Source: Nemertoderma westbladi (Eukaryota; Animalia; Xenacoelomorpha). From it: DNA of 64,000 nucleotides. The stretch lies in NCBI GenBank assembly GCA_032718475.1, contig JAUCBJ010009091.1:1-64000 (forward strand), in the 5' to 3' direction. Positions 24,803 through 38,388 of this stretch are shown here, one piece after another. Position 1 is the stretch's first letter, and each line of letters starts with the position of its first letter. The position numbers and the translations under genes are program-made. The notes under the pieces were generated by a model that was not told the DNA's origin, made no database searches, and saw nothing but the letters and a program-made list of their open reading frames with translations.

Positions 24803-26240
24803 TAAATGGGTTTATCATTGACTCGCTCTTAACTTTAATGGATATATCCTTTGTCCGGCCGCCGATCAACTGAAGGATGACTTATTGGGTCTAACCTTTG
24901 TCTCATCCCGGTACTGGTCCTGAATATTGTTAAAAGTTATATTTAAGTTGTCAATATGTTATTAGTAACGTATAATAAATGCACCATCCAAGAACACAAA
25001 ATAATAAACATGCACTCAAAATATAACATCAAAACTGAATTACATCTATAACTACCGCTACCGGTACACATTGTCATTCAAGTCATTTATTTCAGTTTGA
25101 ATTCTAAATTTATTTCTTAAACAAAATGTAATTTATTTTTTCATTTTTTATTTAATTAATCAGGGCCAGTTATAATAATATATGACTTTAAAAGTTACCA
25201 AATATGATATACTTAGAGTAAAATATTTAAGGTAGACAATTAGTCTATTAGTGTGGTCCTTAATTCACATTTTTTCAAATTTCCATTTTAAATAGTGATA
25301 TTTTTATGCTCCATCGAGGAAAAACAAGTTTGGAATGTAAATGTTTTAAATTCAGGTCACCGGACCATTATATTTAGAAATTTTTAGCAATATATTATAG
25401 GACTTTGTTTGTTTTCAAATTTGAATTTTATGAACCCTAGCAATGATATTAATAACAATAAAATCTCAATAGTTGAGTTAATAATGGGTGTAGAGAGACC
25501 TTCAAGGCAACGTTAGAACCATTCGATTTATAGATATTGAACAAAATATAAAATCTGGCTCAATTGAAGGAAGGTCGGTAAATTTTTTTTTTTTGCTTAT
25601 CGATGAAAGTTTTACTTTGAATTTTCCCAAACTAACTAGGGAATAACGAATGCCCCGCCACGGCCGGGTCAAAATTCAATAAGGATGGATTTTATAAAGT
25701 GGCTTCTATAAAGGCCATCGTAATATAATTAAAGGTCGCACGCGACATGCTGACTAACAGGGGGCTTGTTGTGTATGTAAAAAATATACAGGTAAAACCT
25801 GTTACTAGTGGGGTGTAGTAAATACTCGAGGTTTTACTTGTTTATTTTTATATACCGTAATACAAGGCCTGCTCACCTCCCTCGATCAGCTGATCAAAGA
25901 AGTCATATTTATTTTTGAACTAAATAATATTATTACATAAATTGCTAGCTACCAATGTATTACATTTAATATTCCGATATGAATTTTGTGCTATTGATTA
26001 TTTACATTAATCATACTACTAATTAATTACTATTATTACTGTTGGATACAAATGCACCATAATTAAGGTGTCTATTATTTCAATGTCGTATGTAAGAGTG
26101 GCGGCTATGATAGATGGAACACGAGCAGAGTTGCCTTATAATAGTCATAGAGTCATAATACTCAATCGTTTCGGCTAACTATAATACACAAATATTCGTA
26201 GAATAATACCGATGCCACCAATAGTGGATTTGCAACAAAC

Positions 26241-26885
26241 TTAGAAGATAATAACAGAAAGTAGAATTCCAGCTATTAACTGAAAGGTCAGATCGATGCT
26301 ATCAGATCCGTTTGTTTCTGTTGAGGTTTTTTCCAGGGCAACCATGCTTGTGGTTTCTGCAACGGCATCATCATTCCACGTCACAGACGGACATTCGGTA
26401 CCGGTACCGTTGCAGCATTGCACTTGACAGGAAGTTTCTGTCCCTTCGGCAAAAAAACCCTCCAACCACCGAACTATTCTTATAAAAAGATAGAAATCTT
26501 CCGACATACTACCCTGGTCTCGTTCAACAGCGATGTTGTATTGTAGCATGCATGTAGGCTCGTTTAGCTCTAAACACTTGTCCCAACAGTCCATCACCGT
26601 GTAATAGAATTTAACCTCATCCTTGGCGTCGAATTCATCTCCAGGAATTGCAGAGAATCTGAAATGTATGATGCCGCAAGAACCGCAGTCTGTTGGATGT
26701 ATCCATGTATTGTTGAACCAATGGTCGTTTTGTATAACTATGAGGTTCACCATGGCATCTTTAAAATAGCTTTGCAGTTCTTCATTGTCAGACTTTGCGA
26801 AAACGGTACTTCCAACTTCACAAGAGACTCCTAAACAAATAGTTACATAACATAATGATAAACTAATGGATATTATAATTGACAT
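26241..26885 (-). CDS. Ly6/three-finger-like surface protein, copy 2 (214 aa)
   Basis: Same architecture as 15063-15707, with 5 amino-acid differences. Confidence 0.7.
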   Translation of the reverse strand: MSIIISISLSLCYVTICLGVSCEVGSTVFAKSDNEELQSYFKDAMVNLIVIQNDHWFNNTWIHPTDCGSCGIIHFRFSAIPGDEFDAKDEVKFYYTVMDCWDKCLELNEPTCMLQYNIAVERDQGSMSEDFYLFIRIVRWLEGFFAEGTETSCQVQCCNGTGTECPSVTWNDDAVAETTSMVALEKTSTETNGSDSIDLTFQLIAGILLSVIIF

Positions 26886-29800
26886 TTTGGAATATCTAAT
26901 TTCTCTGTACGCAATCAATCATTCAGTCACATGTTTCAAATTCAACTGTTGAAGCACAAATGTTTTGTATCTTTGGCCCCATCATCAAATCAGTTCTTTA
27001 CATATTATTAATTTAATTCCACTTTAATAATGTATTACAGGTTTATATATATTGTAACTTCTTAAATACTACTTGCTAAACTTCAGCGGTAACCCCCGAC
27101 TGTAATCATATAGTGTAAACCGCAGTGCAATGAGTTGGTATGTTTCTTTGTCTTCTTCTTACTAACATCCAATTTAAATTTGAGCACTGAAATATCGTGA
27201 ACTGTATCTTATCATAGTGATTAATATAACACCTGCTCTAACATAAGTTCGAACAGAATTGGAGGCTTACTCTTTGACTGACCTAATGGATGAATGTGAA
27301 TTGATACCATCAAACACCACATTCGAAAAGAGTAAGGGGAAGCTATGGACCTTTCAATACCTTAATGGACCCAAAGCACAGCCGGATTACATCCTTATCA
27401 ACTAATAGTGGAGAAACAGCATGATTAACTGCGAGGCCTACAGCTCGTTCAACCTAATTGGTGCGGACTACAGAGATCAGACTCAGTTTGAGAGCCAACA
27501 AACACAGGACAAGCAATCGAATCAACTATGATTGGCAGAAACGCAGAACTGAAAACGGAACAAGGTTGAGAAAGCAAAAGAGGATCTTAATTTCCCCAGC
27601 GAAAAAATGTAACCCATAGGATTGCATTGCTTTTACTTTTTTTCCCGGGGGAAAAGTAAAGTAAAATTGTTTCATTTTTTTCAGTGGAATTTCTTGAATA
27701 TTATTAAATGTGTTGAAAGAACATCGACGTAGAAAAGGTTTGCAAGTAATTTGAGCAAAATCCAGTCACACACTCAAAAGTTATTGCAAATTTAGTGTCT
27801 GTGAGGTGACTCCAAAACGGAACCCAATATCCAATATTAGTTTATGTAGTTAAGCGGCTCTCTAGTTACGTAATAAATATTCGAGAACATATAAATGATT
27901 TAACATTGAGTTAGGCAGCATCAGGAGTTGAAGAGTACAGTAATTACAATAGCAGTAACTATGGAAGCTATACAGTAAACTATAGTTTAATTTATTTTAT
28001 AACACTATGTCGCTATACGTCTTTTTAAAGAATTGAGCAACAAAAAAGTACCAATTTGAGAATAAAATTACGTCTTACATTGGAAAAAAAACGTAGAACA
28101 ATTTTTTTTCAATATTCTCTCGACCCTTTATTAACCTCGCTGACGCGATAAATGATTATAATGCTTTTCACACGAACTTTTTGTTTTTGTTTTTCTTATA
28201 TTTTGGGAAAAATAAGTGTCAAAATTCAAAATTGCCATGTTTGGTATCAGTTCGGTTCCGGTCCGGTTCCTATAGTTCGTCGATCACTATAGTTGTGGGA
28301 TCGTGGTGGGGGGCCCCCTTTGGTGGGGGGCCTGGGGCCTCGGCCCCCTCGCCCCCCCCCGTCCTAAATACGCCCCTGCACAAGCATAAATCAGGAAAAG
28401 TACATACAGGATAAAACTGAAGCAATTACAACTGCTCGCTCACATACAGCAAGAAATCAAGTCTTACCTGGCAAAACTGCAAATTAGGTATATGGTATGA
28501 AAAGTTGTGCTAAGGCTGCGTTCACACTACCGAGTCAAAGCCAAAAGACAAAATGTAAAACACATCACATGAAATGTAATTTTTTCTACAATGCCCTTAT
28601 GTATTATATTAGGCCTATATAATGTATTATTATTTATTATTGCTAGCTATCTATATATATTTTCTTTTGACTTTGACTTGGTAGTGTGAACACGGCCTAA
28701 GGTGTTCCTTAAAGCTGATGAACGCGTGCGAAATGGAAAGATCACTTCAGCATCTTGCTTGGGGAGCCACCAAACCTCGAGGTACTGCAAGGAAAATATA
28801 TGACAAGACGCTACCTATAGAAACAATGGTCTTTCCACTTGCCAAACTCGAGAGAAGCATTAAAATCATGTCAAATCATAACGCGAGTGGGTTAGATGAA
28901 ATCACTGCAGTGAGAGGTATGGAAAACAGGGGAACATTCATTATTGGATGTTTGCAACCAGATGCTGAAAGGGGAAACTACTACTACTACTAGGATCGGC
29001 ATGCTGCATTGCAGCTGCATTTTTAAGAATGCTGTGCCGGCTTGTCAACAAAATTGCACCGCCACAACTCCCTATCACCCATGACATTTGCTAGATCATC
29101 CGCATCTTCAAGGCCAGTGTCCTTTAAGATGCGTCTCAAGAAAGTCATGGGCTGTCCACCATGCTTATTCACTCCATGAGGCTGCCAAAGTACAAGATTT
29201 TGCACTGGCTGGTCCTCACGGCGAAACCAATGTCCTGCAAAGCGGAGGCGATTTTTTTCTAGTGTCAAACTTGGGGGAACCAATGAGACACCTCCAATGT
29301 TATATAGTGTCTGGTCTGAGATGTGTGCATTGTACTTGACACAAAGAACCCGGCGTAGCATTCTTGTGAATGTGCCATCCAGAGATTTGGTGTCCTCAGC
29401 AGTTAGAGCCCAGCATGGACTCCCGTAGAGGAGTACTGGAACTACTGCTGCTCTAAATAATCGGACCTTAAGTTTCCGATTAATTCTCGGTGACTTCCAA
29501 ATCCTGGAAAGCCTATTCAAGGCTGCCCATGCCCTTCCTTTACGTATTCGAAGGTCCTCACCTGACTTCCGGATAAAGCCACCACCAATTTGGACTAAAG
29601 GTCATCTAAAAGCCTTTCCCTACGAAAGGAGATCTCGGTGTACCAACAAACTATCGTGGGATCTGTCTGCTTGTGGTAGCAGCCAAAATATACTAGAAAA
29701 TATTTCTGTACAGAATTAGACCTCACACAGAGAAACTACTATAATATGTAAGAGCCACAATGTATGTCGACGAATTGATAAACAATAGCTCAGATACTGT

Positions 29801-32800
29801 ACTTGCGCTATGTGGGCTGGTTGAAGGAATTAGAGTATTCCTACAGGAAACATCCCTACAGTTATGTGATTGTGGACTTCAAGAGAGCATAATTATTCCT
29901 GGCATTGGAATGTGGGTGAGCCACAAAGTGAGCGAAGCCTTAGCATATGGGTGCCATTGGTGAGTTGTCTGTCGTCGTCGTCGTCGTCTGTCGTCGTCGT
30001 AAATTTTTGATCGCTAATAACTCGGTTATTCCTTAATGAAATTAAACGAAACTTGGTATGTATGTAGTCCGTCAAAAGTTTAGAAAGAATCGGAAGTTTC
30101 GTCAAGGACGAGTATTGTGTTGAAGACTTCTGACTAACGGCAGACAACTCGTTAATGGTGCCAATATGCTAAAGGCTTTGCTCACTTCGTGCTGCGCGAA
30201 GGCACCACGAACGTGTTATATTAGTGAGTGTGACACAGATGTCAGGTAGGCCTACTCTCACCAGATGCTAAACCGCAGTTCTTCTAAATCCTGGCTGGTG
30301 TACTGAAAGGTGATACCTTGCAGATCTGGACACTGATGAATTCATTTATGTTTGCTACACAAGAATACTAAGGGCAGCCCTAAACATCAGCTGGAGACAA
30401 CACATGACAAACGCCGAGCTTTATGGTACAATACCACCTGTATCAACCACCCTCCGTGAACGCAGATTAAGATTCAGTGGGCACTGCTGGCGAAGTAAAG
30501 ACGAGGTCATACCAGATCTACTTTTCTGGCAACCAACACAAGGAAATCGTAGCCGTGGACAATTCCACCATCTGAATTCGCTCGACCTATTAGCAAATGA
30601 AATGAAAAAAATTCGAAGAAACTGTGATTGAAGTTAGAATATTGATAACATCCAAGAGAAAAACTGGCAATATCATCTAGAGATTAAATAAAATAAAATA
30701 CAATAATATTAATTAACTGCTAATTAATTTTTTATGTTTTTCCATTTCGGTTAATGCCCTTCATATTTTTGCCAATACATTTTAAATGAGTAAAGAGCGG
30801 GAACTGATTGAGATTTAATGTGGCAGCTACCAAAATAGGAAATTTACCGAACGCGATTTTCTGGGGAATTCTCACCATACAAATGTATCATGAGTACGCA
30901 ATCATTCATTGCGAATAGGGATTCCTATGATGTAAGTTTAAGGTTTTACAATTTGGTTTAATTGCAAAATTACACAAAATCCTCAATGATGCAAGTTGGG
31001 CATCAGTCGGAATATTGATGACAATAAAATTTCGTACCAAAATCACCCAAAACATTTACTACTGTATATTTTCTCATGAATATATATTCTTATATTCAGT
31101 AAATAATCGGCATACCGGTAGAAGGAAAATTAGGAAATCTGACAGAATGCCGTGAGAATATGAGAGAGGAATGCCATCAAAGACACAACAGAGCAAAATT
31201 TAGAACGATGAACAAATTGGCAAGGGAATAAAGGCTAGATAGGGAAAAAATAGAGAAACGATAACAAATTTACAAGGCGAAATTACTGAGGTTTAGCCAA
31301 CCCCCCCCCCCCCCCCCTCCCAATTTTTTCTTCAAATCCGAATAAGATGATTGCATGTAATTTGAAACATAACTGGTTTCAACTCCCTCCTCCTCCGTGG
31401 GCGAGCCAGAATTTTTATTTTTGCTTTCAATCTTTAGCTACAAGCGTTTGAAAAAGGGTTTGCAAGGACTCCAATAATGTAAAAACATTTTAATTTGGTT
31501 AGGAAATAGCTGAGATATGGGCATTCGAAAGTTGCATGTATTTGTTTCCCCTGCACGCCATTTATTATATTAATAAATACATCATATTCTGGAACATTTT
31601 GTTTATCCTATAGGTAGTTGGCAACAATGCATTGCCTCTTTAATCATACTATTACGTTGCTATTCATACAAAAACAAAATGTTCTAGAATATTGTATTTT
31701 TATTTAATATTATAAAATAGCTTCGCGCAGGAGCAAAATCATGCAACATTTGAACGCTCATATCTTCGCTAATTTTCAACGAAATTTAGATTGTGTTGCA
31801 TATTTGGAATCTTGGCATGACCAGCTCTGACTCACCCTCGGACTCGGAGCAGGAGGAGTTGCGTGAAACAATCTACGTTTAAAATTCCATGCAATCTCAT
31901 TAAGATTTGTAGAAAGATTTGGGGGGTCCAGGTACTTGAATAACGACATGATATTCCAGGACATGGTGTAATATAACTAATATACGACACTATATTCCAG
32001 AAATGAAAATAATTAATGTAGGCCTATATGTGCCCAGCTACAGGTTATATAGTCAGAAAGTTCAAATTTCTGCAGTATCTGTATATAAATTAAATAATAT
32101 AATATATAAATTAGCTCATGTTTAAGTAACTGTACACACAGTAATTCCACTTGGGTTGAAGTTCTCGTTCCAAGACTTTGGTAAAATGAACCTAGATATG
32201 TAGGCTATCTTCTATTAAAATTTCGGCACAAAATTATTGTTTTTGAAAGATTTATGGGGGTTAGTATATCCGGGCTGTATTTTTGGAATCTGATATTTTG
32301 TGATAGACAAAGTGTAGCAGTTACAAAATTGTTTCTAGAAGATCCAAATGGCCTTATTTTAAAAACCAATACTCATCATTGTAGCCCTAAAGCTGCTGAA
32401 CATGTTGGTATATGTTTGATGACAATTCAATATAAAATAAAAAAGTAGTAGGAAATTTAGTGATGTAAAAAGTCAAAATCGACAAACTAACTGATAAAAA
32501 GGTTGTTTTATACAGAGTCATGAATATCAGCAATATATTTATGTTGTTTTAAAAAGAGCAGTTTTGAGGTCAAAAAATAATTCAATGTTGAAAACCGATA
32601 TCACTATATGGAAGTTGCCTTTCTATCAAACTACAAAAACATTAAAATGTTTTTTTTTTAATTATTGTAAATTTTCGAAACTTTCACTTGTGTTGGGATA
32701 ATGGTCCGTCCCATTAAGGCTGACTTGCCCCTCTAGGCCTTAGCAATTTTAATCGGACCGTGGGAATGTGTTATTTTTTTGCTATAGGTTTCGCAGGGGG

Positions 32801-33557
32801 TACTTAGATTTAACATCCTTACAAAGCAAAAGTGAAAGTGTATTTCTGATCATATTATGATATGATAATATTTCTGATCTAGATTTGGACTTGCTGAGAA
32901 AGTAATGTTCATCGAAGAAGCACTTTTTGTTACTAATTTCAGTAATTTTAATTAACTGAAATTCAATTATGTTGTCCGAGAGTTTTAGGTTTTACAGGAA
33001 TTGGCAGCTAAAATACCATCGAGTGCAAAATTCAATCAATGCACGAGGGCAGAACATCTGAATTTCGGTTAAATTAAATTAGTGACTTGTCTGTCGACTG
33101 AGATAAAATTTTGAACTTTCTATCACAAATTTAGTTATATGAAAGTAGTCGAAAGATGTACTTTCTTGCTCTGTTTTCTATAAATTTTAGTGAGGAAAAA
33201 TGTGGATTCTCCAGATAAAAATACTTTTTTCACTGGAATGACGCGATGAGAAAAAACGGGCCGTATTTTCGGCTGGTCCTAAGGGACATGCCTTATATGC
33301 CTTAAGGTTAGTCCGGCACTGTATCTGTATGATGCACAAAGAGTTGTTTGAGGGGCAAACATAATAATATTTTAATTTTTTTTATAATTTGTTCTATTTC
33401 AATACTCAGACTGATTATATCGTTTTGTTATTAAACCAAATTTAAAATTGAATTTAAAATTAATATAAATTTAAACCTATTCCAGAACATTTAAGGTAGC
33501 TATAATATATCTCCGCAGCTGTAATATACAATTATTGTATCAATTGTTTATATCACG

Positions 33558-35731
33558 ATGTCAACCAATACAACACGTACTGGAAGTGATGAGGTGTTTT
33601 ATGAGTTACATAATTGTAATGAAAAGTGTTATTCATCGGAGGAGGTGGATAAGTCTGCTACTGAACTCGGTGCCGTCAAAATAGGGTGGAATAGGCTACG
33701 GAAATGTACACCAACGTTGTTCAAAGGAATGCTAACAGGTACAAAACATAGACGTAGTAGTGAAGAAGTATTTTCTGAAATTCATAAATGTGGCGAATAT
33801 TGTCCTCCTGAGAAGGCAAAACCTGGATATGAAGTAAAAAAAAATAGATTTCATGCCCTCGACATGGCTTGGAATAGGCCACGCAAATGGACACCCAGGT
33901 TGTTCAAAAGAAATTTTGAAAATGAAGTAAATCCCACTGATATTAAAAGGTCTTCAGACAAGAAAACGTCTACAGACAAGAAACGGTCTTCAGATATGTT
34001 ACGGGAAAATAGACGAAGGAATACGAATAACATTTGGAGAAGAAAACGGCGATTAATTATTGGACTTCTTATAGGCCTATTGGTCGCGGCGATATCTGGA
34101 GTAATAACTTGGCTTATTTGGAGGGAACTTCGACCCGATGTGGTAAATACTTCTGGGACCACACCGCCGCCTATCACTATAACAACACCCCCACCCACCA
34201 CTATAACACCCCCACCTACCATTATAACACCCCCATCAACCACTATAACATCACCCCCACCTCCCAATATAACACCCCCACTCACCACTAACATACCCAC
34301 AACCACCACTACAACACCCCCACCAACCAATGTTACACCCACCACTACTATAACACCCACCTTTGGTACACCCACACCCACCACTATAACACCTCCAACC
34401 ACCACTACAACACCCCCACCCACCACTGTTAAACCCACACCCACCACTACAACACCCCCACCCACCACTGTTACACCCACACCCACCACTATAACACCTC
34501 CAACCACCACTACAACACCCGCATCCACACCCACCACTATAACACCTCCAACCACCACTACAACACCCCCACCCACCAATGTTACACCCACACCTACCAC
34601 TGGTAAACCCACACCCACCACTACTATAACACCCACCACTGGTACACCCACACCCACCACTATAACACCTCCAACCACCACTACAACACCCCCACCCACC
34701 ACTGTTACACCCACACCCACCACTATAACACCTCCAACCACCACTACAACACCCCCACCCACCACTGTTACACCCACACCTACCACCACTATAACACCTC
34801 CAACCACCACTACAACACCCCCACCCACCACTGTTACACCCACACCTACCACCACTATAACACCTCCAACCACCACTACAACACCCCCACCCACCACTGT
34901 TACACCCACACCTACCACCACTATAACACCCCCACCCACCTCTATAACACCCCCACCCAACTCTATAACACCCCCACCCACCACTGTTACACCCACACCT
35001 ACCACTACAACACCCCCACCCACCACTGTTACACCCACACCTACCACCACTATAACACCCACAACCACCACTATAAAACCCTCACCCACCACTGTAACAC
35101 CCCCCACCACCACTAAAATAGACCCACCCACTACTGCAACACCCCCACCCACCACTACAGCAGCACAAACAGCCTTATTCCCTTGCAACGATAATACCGA
35201 AGAACATTCATTGACAGCGACTAATTATGGGCCTTTAGAAAAGAAACTGACCTGCCAATATTTTAGCATCGTAATACAGAATCGAAAGTCCTCCTCTGAC
35301 TTTGATTTCAATAGAAATTGGACTGATTATAAAGAAGGATTTGGTGACGTCACTGGTGACAATTACTGGATAGGGCTGGAGACTCTTCGCTGGATAACTA
35401 CAAGTTGGAATTGCATTCTACTGATTCACTTACCAATTGGGGCTAAGACATATCTCGTAATATATAATAATGTAACGATTGGTCCAGAAACTTCTAATTA
35501 TACGTTGAGATACAAAGAATTGCCTTCCTCAAACCCTAAAGATAAAGAAATGTCCGCTGCTAATGGGACGCAGTTCTCTACGGCCGATCGCGATGATTCG
35601 TTGGCTAAAGATCGGACCGGCGTTGGTGGCACACCATTGAGTCTTCAACAAACCTCAACGGGGAGAAAATATATTGGGGCAACGGAACTTTTAGCTCTTC
35701 TAGAATGACAATTTACTACCAAGATAATTAA
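33558..35731 (+). CDS. Intronless type II membrane protein: cytoplasmic repeat region, TM helix, Pro/Thr mucin-like stalk, C-terminal fibrinogen-related domain (FReD); 1-nt frameshift near 35622
   Basis: RRKRR followed by LIIGLLIGLLVAAISGVITWLIW; ~340-aa P/T repeat; FReD motifs VIQNR..DFNRNWTDYKEGFG..YWIGLE and NGTQFSTADRD. The shifted frame gives WWHTIESSTNLNGEKIYW...SRMTIYY and ends at TAA 35729-35731. Confidence 0.85.
34160..35160 (+). repeat. Coding Pro/Thr minisatellite (ACC/CCA-rich)
   Basis: Recurrent TITPPTTTTTPPPTTVTPTPT units. Confidence 0.95.
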
Positions 35732-36474
35732 TGTCTGAGTAATTCTTATGATTACTGTAACGGAACTTACGTAACTTTTAGTGATTAAAATCGTCAATAT
35801 CATTTCCCATTTTAGTAGGAAATAAATGTAATTAATTAATTGCTCTACAGATTATTCTGTACAGAATCGCCATATATATTATAAAGTTATTCACCCACAG
35901 TAATACACAGTGTTTTATACGCATTCCTGCTGGTTATTTAGAAAACCAATCCATATTTCTACAGAGTGATCTACTCCATAGATACAGTAGCTATGGTACA
36001 TTCAGAAGTTCATTCACCCACAATCGTAATAGATTTCATACATGTTTAATCATCTACATCATAATGTTAATTTGTACTAATTGAACTATTGCACTTAACA
36101 AATAAAAATTACACCGATCTCTCTCGCTAATGTTAGGTTCCCTTTGGGCTAGTTTTTGTTGCAATATATCATTGAATGCAAGGGAATAATGTATAAAAAA
36201 AAATATATATATTCTTTATCACTGACCCCGATATATATAATAATTTGCGGTGCCACTGTCTGTTTTCGAGCTATGTAGAATAAGCGTGGTGGACAGCTCA
36301 TGACTTTCTTGAGACGCTCTTTAAAAAAATTCCAGAATATCATGGGTGATTGGCCGTTCAAGTTTATTTAACACCTTCAAAACAAAGTTAGAACAATTGG
36401 ATTTATAGATATTGAACAATATCTAAAAAAATCTGGCTCAACTGAAGGAACGTCGTTTATTGTTTTTTGTCTTT

Positions 36475-37800
36475 TACTACTACTACTAGGTCGAAAGAGC
36501 TCGGACAGTGGAAATAAGCTCCTTACAGACTTCCTGATTCTCCATAGTTGTCGCAATTTCGTTTCTCCCAAGTTCAGTATCCCTTTCAAGTTGATCTATA
36601 TATGTTATAGCCGGTCGTCCACGGGTAGGCCTACGCTTTCCATGTGTTGGTTGCCAGACCCCCCTTGAAAGAACGGTCATTATACTTAAAAACTATTACA
36701 AAATATTGAATTCTTAATTTTGATCTAATTTTATCACCCATGAAAACCAAAATAATAACGAACACAAGCAAAGCAAATAATAAGAAAACCAAATAAAAAC
36801 ATGTGACCCCCTCCCAAAGATCCCATTTCTATGACATTTATACACATTTTACATTTTATTGTATATTCACTTTAATGAAAATGTCTCCTCAGGCAAGCCA
36901 CAAGGGAAACTTTGTTGAAGTAACATTAGCATCCAGACCAGATAGAATTCACATTATCCCAGCCCAGGCTTGTCCGGTGAAAAATAAGAAAGTAAGACAG
37001 GTAAGGTGTAAGGTAGGTGGTACCCCTAGTATACCCACCTGCCTTATTAACAATATTGCCCCAGCCCTCCTATTAATAATAGTCCTTCTATTAATAATTT
37101 TTCTTTTAATATAATAATTAAAAAAAATTAGCATTTGTCATTAAACCTTAGGCCTAATTAAAATTGAATAATTTAATATTGAGTTAGATATAAAATATAG
37201 AGTTCATCATTTTCAACCAGAAATTCGACCACTATAGTTTTCAAATTTCCTGTCGCTATAATAGATGATGTATAATTTTTTTTTCACTTGGTCGTGCCCC
37301 CCCCCCCCCCCCCCCCCCCCCTTGGAGAAATCCTTGATCCGCCACTGCTGACGGGGGGTGGTTGATACAGGTGGTATAGTACCATAGAGCACGGCGTTTG
37401 TCAGGTATTGTCTCCAGCTGATGTTTAGGGCTGCCCTCAGTAATCTTGTGTAACAACCATCAATTCGTTGTTCAAGTGTCCAGGTCTCACCTCAGTATAA
37501 AAGTACACTTTACACTGTAGCTATCGAAAGAATGGTATTACCCATGCCTTTGGTTTCTTAATTTCGATGTCTTTTTGTTGCTCTCTATCCATGACCCAAG
37601 GTACTGGTACTGGAAGTCGTCAACCTTCCTTCAATTGAATATTATCGATTATTGTTTTTCATTAACATTAAAAGTCATGAATTCAGTCTTGGTAGCATTT
37701 ATATGCAATCCAACCTCCTTAGCAGCCCTCTCCACTTTATTCAGTAGAAGCTGTATTAGAGAGCATGGCGATGTCATCCGCAAAGTCGTTGTATGTGCCT
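36475..37800 (-). mobile_element. Degraded RTE 3' portion with (TAG)n tail, interrupted by a ~700-bp insertion (~36660-37350)
   Basis: 36475-36660 encodes WQPTHGKRRPTRGRPAITYIDQLERDTELGR with an actactactagg tail. 37380-37800 matches the reverse complement of 58780-59310. Confidence 0.8.
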
Positions 37801-38388
37801 GTAGTATCTGACTGTAGTATCTGACTGTAGTATCTGACTGTAGTATAATATCAATGTTAATCTTTCATCAATACGGGAACATCATTTCATCATCGGGAAT
37901 ACCTAGAAATTTAATAACTTTGTGTTGTTCAATTTGTGTTGTTGGACCAACTTAAATAAAAATATCTAACCTTAACTTGCATCTATAGCAAATTAAAGGT
38001 TTTCATAAAATAGGTATTTTTAAAAAAATAAACTACGGTGAATCATACAATTCCACATACAGTTTATCACATACTGACTGGGCTGCAAACTGCTGAAATA
38101 ACTTCAAAAATTAATGCAGGTTTCCAAATGAGTTCAAATATCCCGCCACTACATAACGCATTGTTGATAATATTAATCACTGGAGCTTTGCTCGAGATTA
38201 TGCAGCTACTGTATTATTAGATTGTTTGTTTGTGGCTGGCCGGCTGTCTGGCTTGATGGGTTTGTGGCTAGAAGGTTTGAACGCTAATAAGTCTGTCAAT
38301 CGTGGATGAAATTGAACCAAACTTGGTACACATGTAGTCTACAGTATTATGTAATCTTAGCACGGTTTAATTTATTGGTCTCCATTAT

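Larger units (their letters stand above)
23604..33710 (+). repeat. Tandem segmental duplication, copy 2
   Basis: Collinear with 13057-22560, plus a 620-bp insertion at 24183-24802. Confidence 0.97.

Noticed and set aside
33851-35188. 445-aa Val/Gly-rich minus-strand ORF
   Set aside because: It is the antisense shadow of the Pro/Thr repeat.
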